This document shows, piece after piece, positions 9,523-19,467 of a DNA stretch of 64,000 nucleotides. The position numbers and the translations under genes were made by a program. Location of the stretch: positions 5,499 to 69,498 of the forward strand of contig JANXMB010000143.1 of NCBI GenBank assembly GCA_025354865.1, read 5' to 3'. The notes below the pieces were generated by a model. That model ran no database searches. It worked only from the letters and a program-made list of their open reading frames with translations, and was not told where the DNA came from. The DNA comes from Acetobacteraceae bacterium. Its GTDB lineage: Bacteria > Pseudomonadota > Alphaproteobacteria > Acetobacterales > Acetobacteraceae. Each line of letters starts with the position of its first letter. The first letter of the stretch is position 1.

Positions 9523-10994
9523 AACGACCGCTCCACCGCCTTCTTCCACGAACCCGCCAGCGCCGCCCGTCGATCCCCGGGCATCGACGGGGTCCAGGTC
9601 CGCGCGACCGCCCAGTTGGCGCGCAGATCGTCGAGGCCCTGCCAATAGCCCACTGCCAGCCCGGCCGCGTAGGCAGCGCCGAGCGCGGTGGTTTCAACGG
9701 TTGCCGGGCGCACGACGGGGACGTTCAGCATGTCGGCCTGGAACTGCATCGTCAGGCTGTTCGCCACCATCCCGCCGTCCACCCGCAACGTCTTGATGGC
9801 AATGCCGGAATCCTGCTCCATCGCGCGCACCACATCCATGGTTTGGTAGGCGGTCGCCTCCAGCGTCGCCCGAGCGATGTGGCCGGCCGAGGCAAATCGG
9901 GTCAGCCCGGCCAGCACACCGCGCGCATCGGCCCGCCAATACGGCGCGTACAGGCCGGAAAAGGCGGGGACGAAATAGACATCGCCGTTGTCGGGGACCG
10001 AGGCTGCCAGTGCCTCGATATCCGGACTGTGCTTTATGATCCCCAGATTGTCCCGCAGCCACTGCACCAAAGCACCGGCGATGGCGATCGAACCCTCGAG
10101 CGCATACGTCGCGGGCGCATCGCCGAGGCGCGCGGCCACCGTGGTCAGCAGGCCGTGGCGGGACGGAACCGCGACCGTGCCGGTATGCATGAGCATGAAA
10201 CAACCGGTGCCGTAGGTGTTCTTGGCCTCCCCCGGTTCGAAGCAGGCCTGCCCCATCAACGCGGCTTGCTGATCGCCCAGAATGCCCGCGACCGGCACGC
10301 CGCCCAATGGCGACCGATCCAGCGCCACCCCATACACCGCCGACGACGACACAATCCGCGGCAGCACCGCTCGGGGCACGTCGAACGCGGCCAGCAGATC
10401 GGGGTCCCAGTCCAGCGTGGCAAGGTTCATCAACTGGGTGCGGGATGCATTGGTGACGTCGGTGACGTGCAGCCCGGTCAGGTTCCACACCAGCCAAGTG
10501 TCGATCGTGCCGAACAGCAGATCGCCCGCAGCAGCAGCGGCGCGCGCGCCCGGCACGTTGTCGAGCAACCAGCGCAGTTTCAGCGCGGAGAAATAGCTGG
10601 CCAGCGGCAGGCCCGTCGCCGCCCGAAACCGGTCCTGCCCGCCGTCGCGGGCGAATGCGGCGACCAGCGGATCGACGCGGGTATCCTGCCAGACCAGCGC
10701 GTTGTGGACGGGCAACCCCGAGCGGCGATGCCATAGGACGGTTGTCTCGCGCTGGTTGGCGATGCCGATGGCGGCCAGATCGGTCGGCGCCAGATCGGCC
10801 GATTGCAACGCCTCGGCGATGACAGCGCGCACATTGTCGCGAATTTCGATCGGGTCGTGCTCCACCCAGCCGGGTTGCGGGAAGATCTGGCGATGCTCCC
10901 GCTGGGCCGAGGCAATCGTGTTGCCGGCACGATCGAAGACGATGAAGCGGCTGGATGTGGTGCCCTGGTCGATGGCGCCGATATAGCGGGTCAT
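9510..10994 (-). CDS. glpK: glycerol kinase
   Basis: ORF 9510..11429(-) trimmed to the ATG at 10992-10994 (GAGAGGGAG upstream). [21 protein letters not shown] is the canonical GlpK N-terminus. Length is 494 aa. Confidence 0.95.
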   Translation of the reverse strand: MTRYIGAIDQGTTSSRFIVFDRAGNTIASAQREHRQIFPQPGWVEHDPIEIRDNVRAVIAEALQSADLAPTDLAAIGIANQRETTVLWHRRSGLPVHNALVWQDTRVDPLVAAFARDGGQDRFRAATGLPLASYFSALKLRWLLDNVPGARAAAAAGDLLFGTIDTWLVWNLTGLHVTDVTNASRTQLMNLATLDWDPDLLAAFDVPRAVLPRIVSSSAVYGVALDRSPLGGVPVAGILGDQQAALMGQACFEPGEAKNTYGTGCFMLMHTGTVAVPSRHGLLTTVAARLGDAPATYALEGSIAIAGALVQWLRDNLGIIKHSPDIEALAASVPDNGDVYFVPAFSGLYAPYWRADARGVLAGLTRFASAGHIARATLEATAYQTMDVVRAMEQDSGIAIKTLRVDGGMVANSLTMQFQADMLNVPVVRPATVETTALGAAYAAGLAVGYWQGLDDLRANWAVARTWTPSMPGDRRAALAGSWKKAVERSFGWA

Positions 10995-11154
10995 GCGATT
11001 CTCCCTCTCGGTCGGCAGATTACCGCAACTGGGAACGAGCGTCCTGCGCGCCCGCCACGTTTCCGGCCGGAAAATGTCCTCGCGAACCGTTCGGTCTGGA
11101 CCGATCGGGGGTGTCCGGCCCACACTCCTGCCACGCACGACAGGGAACCGCCGC

Positions 11155-11883
11155 ATGTCAGCTCGCTTCGCAGGACGAACCGCCATCGTAACCGGGGGAG
11201 TCTCCGGCATCGGCGCCGGTATAGCCCGCCGGCTGGCGGCGGAGGGCGCGACGGTCGCCCTGTGGGACCGCGATGCGGCGGGACTGGCGGCGTCCGGCGC
11301 GGCGTATACCGTCGCGCTCGACATCGCCGATTCCGCTGCCGTGCATAAAGCCGCCGCCGACACCGCCGCCGCATTGGGCAAGATCGATATCATGGTCGCC
11401 TCGGCCGGCATCACCGGTCCGAACCACACGGTTTGGGACTATCCGGTGGATGCGTGGGACCAGGTCATCGACGTCAATCTGAAGGGCGTTTTCTATTCGA
11501 ACCGCGCGGTCGTGCCGTTCATGCAGACGAACGGCTACGGCCGGATCGTGAACATCGCCTCGATTGCCGGGAAGGAGGGCAATCCGATGGCATCGGCCTA
11601 TTCCGCTTCGAAAGGCGGGGTGATTGCGTTGACGAAAGCGTTGGGCAAGGAACTCGCGGCGAGCGAAATCCGGGTCAATTGCGTCACCCCCGCCGCCGTT
11701 CGCACCCCGCTGTTTTCGCAGATGTCGCAGCAACAGATCGACTGGATGCTGTCGAAAATCCCCATCGCCCGGTTTGGCGAAATCGACGAAATCGCGTCCT
11801 TGGTGTTGTGGCTGGCGAGCGAGGAAGCCAGTTTCTCCACCGGCGCGGTCTTCGATATTTCCGGCGGTCGGGCCACGTATTAG
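11155..11883 (+). CDS. SDR-family oxidoreductase (3-oxoacyl-ACP reductase-like)
   Basis: ORF 10993..11883 trimmed to the ATG at 11155. [10 protein letters not shown] cofactor motif and YSASK catalytic motif. Confidence 0.9.
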   Translation: MSARFAGRTAIVTGGVSGIGAGIARRLAAEGATVALWDRDAAGLAASGAAYTVALDIADSAAVHKAAADTAAALGKIDIMVASAGITGPNHTVWDYPVDAWDQVIDVNLKGVFYSNRAVVPFMQTNGYGRIVNIASIAGKEGNPMASAYSASKGGVIALTKALGKELAASEIRVNCVTPAAVRTPLFSQMSQQQIDWMLSKIPIARFGEIDEIASLVLWLASEEASFSTGAVFDISGGRATY

Positions 11884-11911
11884 TTCGCGATATATTTTGG
11901 AGAAGTAACAA

Positions 11912-13318
11912 ATGACTTCCGACGAATTGGGCTTCATGCCAGCCACCGAACTGACGGAACTGATACGGACCAAGAAGATTTCGCCGGTCGAGTATATGCG
12001 CGCGCTGCTGGAGCGGATCGAAAAATTGGAGCCGAAGATCAACGCGTTCGCGCATCTGGCGGCCGACCGCGCCATGGACGCCGCCCGAGCAGCCGAGGCC
12101 GCAACGATGTCCGGCGCTCGGATCGGACGCTTGCACGGGGTGCCGACGACCATCAAAGATCTGGTCATTACCAAGGACATGCCGACGCAAAGCGGCAGCG
12201 CGATCTTCGCCGGCCACCAACCGACCGAGGACTCGCCGGTCGTCCCCCGCCTGCAGAACGAGGGCGCGATCGTCCTGGGCAAAACCACGACGTCCGAATT
12301 CGGCTGGACCGGCGTGTCGCATTCCCCGCTGACCGGGATCACTCATAACCCCTGGAAGTTCGGCTATAACGCCGGCGCATCCAGCGCGGGGGCCGGTGCG
12401 GCGGCAGCAGCGGGCTACGGACCGTTGCACCAAGGCAGCGACGGGGCGGGATCGATCCGCATGCCGAGCCATTTTTGCGGTGTATTCGGTATCAAACCGA
12501 CATTCGGTCGGGTGCCGTATTATCCTGTCAGCGTGGGGGACATGACCTCCCACATGGGGCCGATGTCGCGCACCGTCGCCGATAGCGCCCTGATGTTGGA
12601 GGTTATGGCGGGTCCGCACCCCCTCGACTACACCACCCTGGAAGCCGGTCCCGCACATTACCTCGCGCGGCTGCACGAAGGGATAAAGGGCAAGCGCATC
12701 GCCTATAGTCCCGATCTGGGCCATGCCCGCGTCGATCCGGAGGTCGCGGCGCTGGTGCGCAAAGCCGCCGAGCGGTTCAGCGATTTGGGCGCGACGGTGG
12801 AGGAGGTGAAGACCCCGTGGGCGGCGCCGGGACCGGAATTGGTGCGGTTTTTCTGGTCGGCGCATCTGACCCGGCTGAAGCCTTATCTGGCGGAATGGCG
12901 ATCGCGCATGGATCCCGGTCTGGTGGCCTGTATCGAAGCGTCCGATAACGTATCGATTGCGGAATACCAGGCCGCCCGCGAGCGCAAGATGCCGTATATC
13001 GCCTCGATCCATGCGTGGTTCGAGAATTGGGATTTCCTGCTGACGCCGTCGGTGTCCGTTGCCGCCTTCCCGGCCGAGAAACTGATGCCCGACCATTGGC
13101 CGCAACACGCCTGGGATTGGGTGAGTTGGGCGGAATTTTCCTACCCGTTCAACATGTCCTGGAACCCTGCTGCCAGCGTGCCGTGCGGTTTCACCGCTGC
13201 GGGCCTGCCGGTCGGTCTGCAAATCGTCGGCAAGCGGTTCGACGATCTGGGGGTGCTGCAAGCCTCCGCCGCGTTCGAGCAGGCGCAGCCCTGGGCGGAC
13301 AAGCGGCCGGCCTTGTGA
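11912..13318 (+). CDS. amidase (amidase-signature family, GatA-like)
   Basis: GASSAGAGAAAAAGYGPLHQGSDGAGSIRMPS amidase-signature segment. GGAGAAG SD upstream of the ATG at 11912. Confidence 0.9.
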   Translation: MTSDELGFMPATELTELIRTKKISPVEYMRALLERIEKLEPKINAFAHLAADRAMDAARAAEAATMSGARIGRLHGVPTTIKDLVITKDMPTQSGSAIFAGHQPTEDSPVVPRLQNEGAIVLGKTTTSEFGWTGVSHSPLTGITHNPWKFGYNAGASSAGAGAAAAAGYGPLHQGSDGAGSIRMPSHFCGVFGIKPTFGRVPYYPVSVGDMTSHMGPMSRTVADSALMLEVMAGPHPLDYTTLEAGPAHYLARLHEGIKGKRIAYSPDLGHARVDPEVAALVRKAAERFSDLGATVEEVKTPWAAPGPELVRFFWSAHLTRLKPYLAEWRSRMDPGLVACIEASDNVSIAEYQAARERKMPYIASIHAWFENWDFLLTPSVSVAAFPAEKLMPDHWPQHAWDWVSWAEFSYPFNMSWNPAASVPCGFTAAGLPVGLQIVGKRFDDLGVLQASAAFEQAQPWADKRPAL

Positions 13319-13366
13319 TATCGGAATGCGGGGTTCGTGCCCCGAACCGAACGAATGGAGGAACTC

Positions 13367-13876
13367 ATGGCCTATTCCATCTACGACGCCACCGCGCCGC
13401 TCTGCGCCCAACAACTCACCGCGTTTCTGGGCGTTTGCGACAAAGCTGCCGCGCATTGCGCCGAGAAGAAAATCGACGAAGCCTGGCTGCTGTCGGACCG
13501 CCTATATGCGGACATGTTCCCGCTGGGTCGGCAGATCCGCCAACTCACGGATTTCGCGCGCAATACGGTGGGGCGTCTCGCCGGCGTTGCCGGTCCCGAT
13601 TTCCCGGCCGCCGATCCCACCAGCTTCGCCGAGGCGAAAGATCGCGTGCAGAAGTCGCTGGATTTCGTGAACAGCATCGGCCGCGCGCAACTCGACGGCA
13701 CCGAGGACAAGCAAGTGTCCTGGACCGCCGGCACGCGGGAGATGTCGTTCAAGGGCGACGCTTACGTGCGCTGGTTCGCCCTGCCGAACTTCTATTTCTT
13801 CTGCACCACCGCCTATAACATCCTGCGCCTTCGCGGCGTGGAAGTGGGCAAGCGGGACTTCCTCGGCCCGCAATAA
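13367..13876 (+). CDS. DUF1993-family protein
   Basis: ORF 13337..13876 trimmed to the ATG at 13367 (GGAGGA upstream). MAYSIYDATAPLCAQQL...LYADMFPLGRQIRQ matches my recollection of DUF1993 proteins. Confidence 0.7.
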   Translation: MAYSIYDATAPLCAQQLTAFLGVCDKAAAHCAEKKIDEAWLLSDRLYADMFPLGRQIRQLTDFARNTVGRLAGVAGPDFPAADPTSFAEAKDRVQKSLDFVNSIGRAQLDGTEDKQVSWTAGTREMSFKGDAYVRWFALPNFYFFCTTAYNILRLRGVEVGKRDFLGPQ

Positions 13877-14086
13877 TACCGATCGGCCGAACGGCCGAAC
13901 TGTATGCGCGCAGGGTTGGCGTGGCGGCTGCGCGCGAAACCAATACGACTCCGATCGGCCGAACGGCGGTCGGAGGTTCGGTTGGCTGATATAAGGCCGC
14001 CGCAATCGCCGCTTGGCGCGGGTCGGTCCGCATTGCTAAGGTGTGGACCGATTCGCGCCTCGTCCGGGCATTGGGGATTTGACACG

Positions 14087-15211
14087 ATGAAGCTGAAGGC
14101 CGACCGCGCCACGCTCCTCAAAGCGCTGGCGCATGTCCAGAGCGTGGTGGAACGGCGCAATACCATCCCCATTCTCGCCAATGTCATGATCGCGGTGCGC
14201 GACGGCAAATTGTCGTTGACCGCCACCGATATGGAAATCGCCGTGGTCGAGGACGTGGCCGCCAGCAGCAGCCGCAACGGCGCCTGCACCGCGCCGGCCG
14301 CGACGCTGTACGAAATCGTACGCAAGCTGCCCGACGGGGCAGAGGTCGAGTTGGACCATCCCGGCGGCGACGCCCAGTTGGCACTGCGGGCCGGGCGCTA
14401 CGACACCAAATTGGTGGTGCTGCCGGTCGACGATTTCCCCTCGATGACGGCCGGTGTGCTGCCGCACCGCTTCAACCTGTCGGCGCAAACGCTGCGGGCC
14501 TTGATCGATCGCACCCGCTTCGCCGTCAGCACCGAAGAAACCCGCTATTACCTCAACGGCATTTACATTCATGCCGCCGATAGCGACGGCACCAAAGTCC
14601 TGCGCGCCGTCGCCACCGACGGCCATCGCCTCGCTCGGGTCGAAGAGCCGCTGCCGGAAGGCGCCGACACCATGCCGGGCGTTATCGTGCCACGGAAAAC
14701 GGTGAACGAGTTGCGCAAGCTGCTCGACGAGGTCAACGGCAATGTCGAAATCGCGCTGTCGGATACCCGCATCCAGTTCCGCGTCGATCAGATCCTGCTG
14801 ACCAGCAAACTCATCGACGGGACCTTCCCGGAATACGAACGCGTGATTCCGCGCGGCAACGACAAGGTGCTGCGGGTCGGCAAGAAGGATTTCGCCGACG
14901 CTGTCGCCCGCGTCGCCGCGATTTCCTCCGAACGGTCCCGCCCGGTGAAGCTATCGCTAGCGCGCGATCTGCTGACGCTCTCGGCCGCCAGCCCCGATCA
15001 GGGCACTGCGACCGAGGAACTCGACGCCGATCGGGTCAAATACGACTCCGGTCCGTTGGAAATCGGCTTCCAGGCGCGGTATCTGAACGATATCACCGAC
15101 CAAATCGGCGAAATGGTGGAATTCCGCTTCTCCGACGGTTCGGCCCCCACGGTGGTGCAGGACGCCGCCGATGCCACCGCGCTTTACGTGCTGATGCCCA
15201 TGCGGGTGTGA
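14087..15211 (+). CDS. dnaN: DNA polymerase III beta sliding clamp
   Basis: ORF 13904..15211 trimmed to the ATG at 14087. MKLKADRATLLKALAHVQSVVERRNTIPILANVMI... is a canonical DnaN N-terminus. Length is 374 aa. Confidence 0.95.
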   Translation: MKLKADRATLLKALAHVQSVVERRNTIPILANVMIAVRDGKLSLTATDMEIAVVEDVAASSSRNGACTAPAATLYEIVRKLPDGAEVELDHPGGDAQLALRAGRYDTKLVVLPVDDFPSMTAGVLPHRFNLSAQTLRALIDRTRFAVSTEETRYYLNGIYIHAADSDGTKVLRAVATDGHRLARVEEPLPEGADTMPGVIVPRKTVNELRKLLDEVNGNVEIALSDTRIQFRVDQILLTSKLIDGTFPEYERVIPRGNDKVLRVGKKDFADAVARVAAISSERSRPVKLSLARDLLTLSAASPDQGTATEELDADRVKYDSGPLEIGFQARYLNDITDQIGEMVEFRFSDGSAPTVVQDAADATALYVLMPMRV

Positions 15212-15245
15212 TCCCGGCCCGCCGAAGGGTCGGTCCGTTACTGGA

Positions 15246-15671
15246 TCACCCCTTCGGCCGGACGGCTTGGGACGACAGCGGCAACGCCAAACGAGCCAAG
15301 GTGCGATAGCCGGCGTCTGTCGGATGCAAACGGTCGTCGCCGACATAGGGACTCGTATCGATTGTTCGGTCGCCAAATCGCGCAGCCACCGCGCCGATAG
15401 CCCGGCGGGCGGCTTCGTGGCCGCTCGGCAGCAACCATACGACCGATCGAGCCGTGACCGACGAACGCACGCGCACGAGATTTTCAATGGTGCGGGCCGA
15501 ATCGCCGTCGTTTACCCCCAAGCTGATCACAACCCGATCCGCGCGGGCCGGCGACAGACGTTCCACGATGAAGCGGGTAGAGGTGATCCCCACCTCCGCC
15601 TCGACCTGGCATTCCGGCAATTTTTGCCCGACACCGACGGCGAGGCTGTCGCCCAACGATAGACAAAGCAC
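15246..15671 (-). CDS. minimal SGNH/GDSL-fold hydrolase-like protein, leaderless (paralog of 19468..20040)
   Basis: ORF 15246..15704(-) trimmed to the GTG at 15669-15671 (GGAGGG 8 nt upstream). (M)LCLSLGDSLAVGVGQKLPEC... carries GDS (block I), GVND (block III) and DRLHP (block V) within about 140 aa. No signal peptide. Confidence 0.6.
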   Translation of the reverse strand: MLCLSLGDSLAVGVGQKLPECQVEAEVGITSTRFIVERLSPARADRVVISLGVNDGDSARTIENLVRVRSSVTARSVVWLLPSGHEAARRAIGAVAARFGDRTIDTSPYVGDDRLHPTDAGYRTLARLALPLSSQAVRPKG

Positions 15672-15729
15672 GTTTTGTGCCCTCCGTTTTGGAAGGCACA
15701 CCATTTAATGCAGAATGGTAAATAAAGTC

Positions 15730-15960
15730 TTAACGCGGGTCGAAAAACTTCGCGGCCTCGGTGTTTTTCACGCCCTCGTGCAGCAGCTTGTAGGGAAGAT
15801 CGAGGCCGGTTCGCGCGCCCGCCGCCTGCACGATCCCCGCCGCATCGGGAAACCCGGCGGTGTCCAGCCAGGATGCCAAGGGCACAGAGCCGAGCAGGGC
15901 TGCGACGGCGCTGCATAGCAGGAATTGGAGTGTCAGGCCGATCGGGGTCGTGCGTGCCAT
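15730..15960 (-). CDS. small (76-aa) putative membrane-anchored protein
   Basis: C-terminal part of track ORF 15730..16581(-). ATG at 15958-15960, 41 nt after the MBOAT stop. MARTTPIGLTLQFLLCSAVAALLGSVPLASWL... has one N-terminal hydrophobic helix, then a polar tail. Confidence 0.4.
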   Translation of the reverse strand: MARTTPIGLTLQFLLCSAVAALLGSVPLASWLDTAGFPDAAGIVQAAGARTGLDLPYKLLHEGVKNTEAAKFFDPR

Positions 15961-16001
15961 TGTCTTGCTCTCTCGGGCGTCGAAGCGACGCGCATCGCGG
16001 C

Positions 16002-17420
16002 CTAAAACTGGAAATAGATGAAGGGTGCCACGCCGTCCGGCCCCAACGCGTCGATCGCGACGATGCCCACGCCGGCCACAACCGCCCAGGCCCAGTTGGG
16101 CCAAGACCCGGCATAGCCCGCCAAACGCGCCGCCAATTGGCGCGGCACCGCGTGCAAAACCAGCCCCAGCACCAGCAGCCCCGCCGTAAGCGGCGCGATT
16201 TGCAGCGTCGCGTCCGCCGCCGGGGCTTGCGTCAGATAAACCACCACGGTGTCGAAACTGGCCGCGCGGAACAGCACCCAACTGAGGCAGACGATGTGGA
16301 ACACCAGCAGCAGCCGCAGCGCTCGACCCCAGCGGGATTGGGCGAATCGGCCCAGCGCCGTCCCCGACCATCGATCGAGCCAGCGCTCGACGACAAGCCC
16401 GATGCCGTGCAACGCGCCCCAGACAAGGAATTTCAACGCCGCGCCGTGCCAGATGCCCCCCAGCAGCATGGTCAGCATCAGATTGCGCGCGGTGAACAGG
16501 CGCCCACCGCGATTGCCGCCGAGCGGCCGGTAGAGATAATCGCGCAGCCAGGAGGAGAGGGAGATGTGCCAGCGCTGCCAAAATTCCCGCAAGCTACTTG
16601 CTCGGTATGGCTGATCGAAATTGAGCGGAAACCGATAGCCCAGCAACGCCGCCAGCCCGATGGCAATGTCGGTGTAGGCCGAGAAATCGCAGTAAATCTG
16701 CACCGCATACCCGTACGCCGCCAAAAGCCGATCCAGCACGCCATAGCGGCTCGGGTCGAAAAACACCGGATCGACCAGGCCGGTGGCGATGTAATTCGCG
16801 ATCGCGACCTTCTTGAACAATCCGCCCAGGATCAACAACACCGGTTCGGCGAGCGGGATCGTCGCCGGCACCGGTTGCGCCAATTGCGGCAGGAAAAACG
16901 ACGACCGCACGATGGGTCCGGCCACCAACTGCGGGAAAAACGACAGATAGAGCAGGATGTCGTCCAGCCGCCGGCACACCGCGACCTCGCCGCGATAGAT
17001 ATCCACCAGGTACGAAATGCCATGAAAGGTGAAAAAGGAAATGCCGACCGGCAGAATGACCTCGATCAACGGCAGTTCGACGCCGGTCTGGGCGGCAAGC
17101 AGGACCCGATTCGCGCCCTCGATCAGGAAATCGTCGTATTTGAAGAACGCCAGCAACAGCAGATGCGCGGCGACCGTCCCGCCCACCACCGCCCGGCGCG
17201 CCCGATCGGATGCCATCGCCGCGATGCCCAGACCGCCAAGGTATGTCAGCACCGAACTGCCGGCGAGCAGGAAGCAAAAGCGCCAGTTCCATTGCGCGTA
17301 GAACCAGTAGCTGGCGACGATCAGGACAAGGTTGCGCGCCCGCCCGTGGCCGGCCAGCGGGGCGACCAGCGCGAGGACGACGCCGAAGAAAATCAGGAAA
17401 TCGAGGGTCGGAAACAGCAT
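16002..17420 (-). CDS. MBOAT-family membrane O-acyltransferase (AlgI/PatA/DltB-like)
   Basis: ORF 16002..17696(-) trimmed to the ATG at 17418-17420 (MLFPTLDFLIFF...). Polytopic, with ISFFTFHGISYLVD and FWQRWHISLSSWLRDYLY segments containing the conserved MBOAT His. The start overlaps the upstream stop (TGATG). Confidence 0.9.
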   Translation of the reverse strand: MLFPTLDFLIFFGVVLALVAPLAGHGRARNLVLIVASYWFYAQWNWRFCFLLAGSSVLTYLGGLGIAAMASDRARRAVVGGTVAAHLLLLAFFKYDDFLIEGANRVLLAAQTGVELPLIEVILPVGISFFTFHGISYLVDIYRGEVAVCRRLDDILLYLSFFPQLVAGPIVRSSFFLPQLAQPVPATIPLAEPVLLILGGLFKKVAIANYIATGLVDPVFFDPSRYGVLDRLLAAYGYAVQIYCDFSAYTDIAIGLAALLGYRFPLNFDQPYRASSLREFWQRWHISLSSWLRDYLYRPLGGNRGGRLFTARNLMLTMLLGGIWHGAALKFLVWGALHGIGLVVERWLDRWSGTALGRFAQSRWGRALRLLLVFHIVCLSWVLFRAASFDTVVVYLTQAPAADATLQIAPLTAGLLVLGLVLHAVPRQLAARLAGYAGSWPNWAWAVVAGVGIVAIDALGPDGVAPFIYFQF

Positions 17421-18667
17421 CAGGACGTCGGCCGCAGCGCTTTGTATGCCGCGTAACCGTCCATCAGCACCTGAAACAGCGCCTCCGCCGTCGTCCGATA
17501 CCCCGACCGCAGAAGATGCACCCGGTCCGGCGCCATCGTCGGCGGGTGCTGCGATGCCCAGCGGTTCGCGCTGCACGGCCCGCCCATCGCTGCCTGCCAA
17601 TCCCAGAAAAACAGTTTCTCGCGCGCCGCGACTTCGCGCTGAACGTCGCGCACGACGGAGAGTGGCCGCGGTTCGTCCCAGCGCGGATCGCCGCACATTG
17701 TGCGTCCCTTGAAACCCCGCGCGGTGTGTTTGGCGCTGTCGGGCGGCCCCACCACGACGATCGCCGCCATCGGAGCGGCTTCCCGCAGGATGCGCACGCT
17801 TTGGGCGAACCGTTCGCGGTAATCGGCGGCGGTGGTGCCGTTGTCGAATGCCTCATTCGTGCCGAACGCCAGCAGGATCGCACTGGGCGCGATATGGGCG
17901 AGTTCCTGACGCAGCGTGGCCGGGTCCATCCGCCCGACGATATCGACGGTGGCGCCGATGGTGCCCAGATTGGCCAGGATCGTGCCCGGCCCACCGCGCG
18001 TGGCGGTCCATGACAGCATATCCACCGGGGCATCGCCGACCGCGACGATCTCGACCTCCCCGCCGCTGGCAGCGCGGGGCAGGGTCAGCCACCGCGCCTC
18101 GGTCGTCGGGGAGTCGGTGCTCAGCCGCTTCCGCCAACCGGTCGCCGTCGCGATATCGATCGAGCCACCGCCGGGTTGGTGAAGGAATTCGAGCGTGACG
18201 TCGGCCATATCGGTCGGATCGGGGGCCGAGAGTGTCATGATCGCGCCCGCGCCGCCGTGTTGGCGCACCGCAGCGATTCCAACCGGCCCTGCCGCTCGGC
18301 CCGCCCGTTCCGCGACCCAACGACCCGACGTCGCCGCGACGCGATCCGGGCGGTAGTAGCGAAACGGCACGCCGGGTTGCAGCACGCCGCGCCCGGCATC
18401 GCCGAAGCGGGCCTGAAACTGCTCCCGCAGGCGACCGCTGAAACTGTCGTTCGCCGAGTGGCTATCGCCGACTTGCAAGACGACGACCGGCGCCGTCCGT
18501 GTGCGGGATTCCAAGCCGCTTAAGGCGCGATAGAGCGGCAGCAACGGCCCGGCCGGTCCCAGGCGGGCGGCGATTTCGGCATCGGGGGCTTCACGGTGCG
18601 TCGCACAGGCCGACAAAGCGAGGCAGACGAGCAACAGCAGACGCGCCGAAAATGCAGGGGACAGCAT
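17420..18667 (-). CDS. SGNH-fold lipoprotein with inserted domain (Ape1/PatB-like O-acetyl esterase or transferase candidate)
   Basis: ORF 17420..18712(-) trimmed to the ATG at 18665-18667. Lipobox LALSAC. VGDSH (block I), LGTIG (II), FGTNE (III) and DRVHL (V). About 170 residues are inserted between blocks I and II. Confidence 0.8.
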   Translation of the reverse strand: MLSPAFSARLLLLVCLALSACATHREAPDAEIAARLGPAGPLLPLYRALSGLESRTRTAPVVVLQVGDSHSANDSFSGRLREQFQARFGDAGRGVLQPGVPFRYYRPDRVAATSGRWVAERAGRAAGPVGIAAVRQHGGAGAIMTLSAPDPTDMADVTLEFLHQPGGGSIDIATATGWRKRLSTDSPTTEARWLTLPRAASGGEVEIVAVGDAPVDMLSWTATRGGPGTILANLGTIGATVDIVGRMDPATLRQELAHIAPSAILLAFGTNEAFDNGTTAADYRERFAQSVRILREAAPMAAIVVVGPPDSAKHTARGFKGRTMCGDPRWDEPRPLSVVRDVQREVAAREKLFFWDWQAAMGGPCSANRWASQHPPTMAPDRVHLLRSGYRTTAEALFQVLMDGYAAYKALRPTS

Positions 18668-18744
18668 GGGACTTCCGATTGCTCCTGGCGCGCGATGGGT
18701 GTAGATTATCACTGGTTTTTCCCTCTGTCATCGGATGGCTTTGC

Positions 18745-19467
18745 GTGAACATCGCGCGTCGTAACGCGCTGCTGGTTGCAGCGGCATGCTCTGTGTTCGG
18801 CTTCCCCTCCGCCGACGCCGCCGAATCCCCGAAACGTGTGCTGGTCGTCGGCGACTCCCAAGCGCAAGGGCTGGCCGGCGGGTTGCAACGCCAATTGCTG
18901 CGCGATCGCAGCTGGCGGGTGATCGACCAGTCGCATATCTCGACCGGGCTGTATTCCACCACCCGCTTCGACTGGCCGGCCTCCGCGTCGGGGATTGCCG
19001 ACAAAGAACGCGGGGCCGTCGCCGTGGTGATGTTCGGCGCCAACGACCGCCCGCCCATCCGATCCAACGGTGCCGTCGATCCACGCCGGGCGGAAACCTT
19101 CGCCGCGAACTACTGTGCGCATATCCGAGCGGTGGCGGCGGGATTGAAACAGGCCTGCCCGGAGGTGGTTTGGGTCGGGCATCCAATCGTGCGGGATCCG
19201 CTCTACGCCGAAGACATGGCCTTTCTGAACCAACTCTATGAGGCCGAGGCCGTGGCCTGCGGTGCCCGCTGGTTCCCCTCCTGGCCCTTGTTCACCGACA
19301 AAGCCGGGGCCTATGTCGCGCACGGCAAGGCCGTCGGCGGCCAAACCGAGCGGCTGCGGGCAGACGATGGCGTGCATCTGACCGCCGCCGGCTACGATGT
19401 GCTGGCGAATGCGCTGCTGCCCGATCTGCGGTTTGCCCTCGCGGGTCCATTGACGCCGCCGACCTGA
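18745..19467 (+). CDS. secreted SGNH-fold protein (DUF459-like)
   Basis: ORF 18499..19467 trimmed to the in-frame GTG at 18745, giving the signal peptide (M)NIARRNALLVAAACSVFGFPSADA. VVGDSQ, FGAND and DGVHL blocks. Divergent from the MBOAT operon across a 77-bp spacer. Confidence 0.7.
   Translation: MNIARRNALLVAAACSVFGFPSADAAESPKRVLVVGDSQAQGLAGGLQRQLLRDRSWRVIDQSHISTGLYSTTRFDWPASASGIADKERGAVAVVMFGANDRPPIRSNGAVDPRRAETFAANYCAHIRAVAAGLKQACPEVVWVGHPIVRDPLYAEDMAFLNQLYEAEAVACGARWFPSWPLFTDKAGAYVAHGKAVGGQTERLRADDGVHLTAAGYDVLANALLPDLRFALAGPLTPPT

Noticed and set aside
15221-15258. 9-bp stem (GCCGAAGGG/CCCTTCGGC) between convergent dnaN and the mini-SGNH gene, considered as a bidirectional terminator
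   Set aside because: It has a 20-nt loop and no flanking U/A tracts, and part of it is coding (it contains the minus-gene stop). The evidence is too weak to annotate.
15730-16581. 283-aa minus-strand ORF overlapping the MBOAT gene
   Set aside because: Most of it overlaps the MBOAT coding frame and is low complexity. Only the last 76 codons (15730..15960), downstream of the MBOAT stop, were kept as a tentative small gene.
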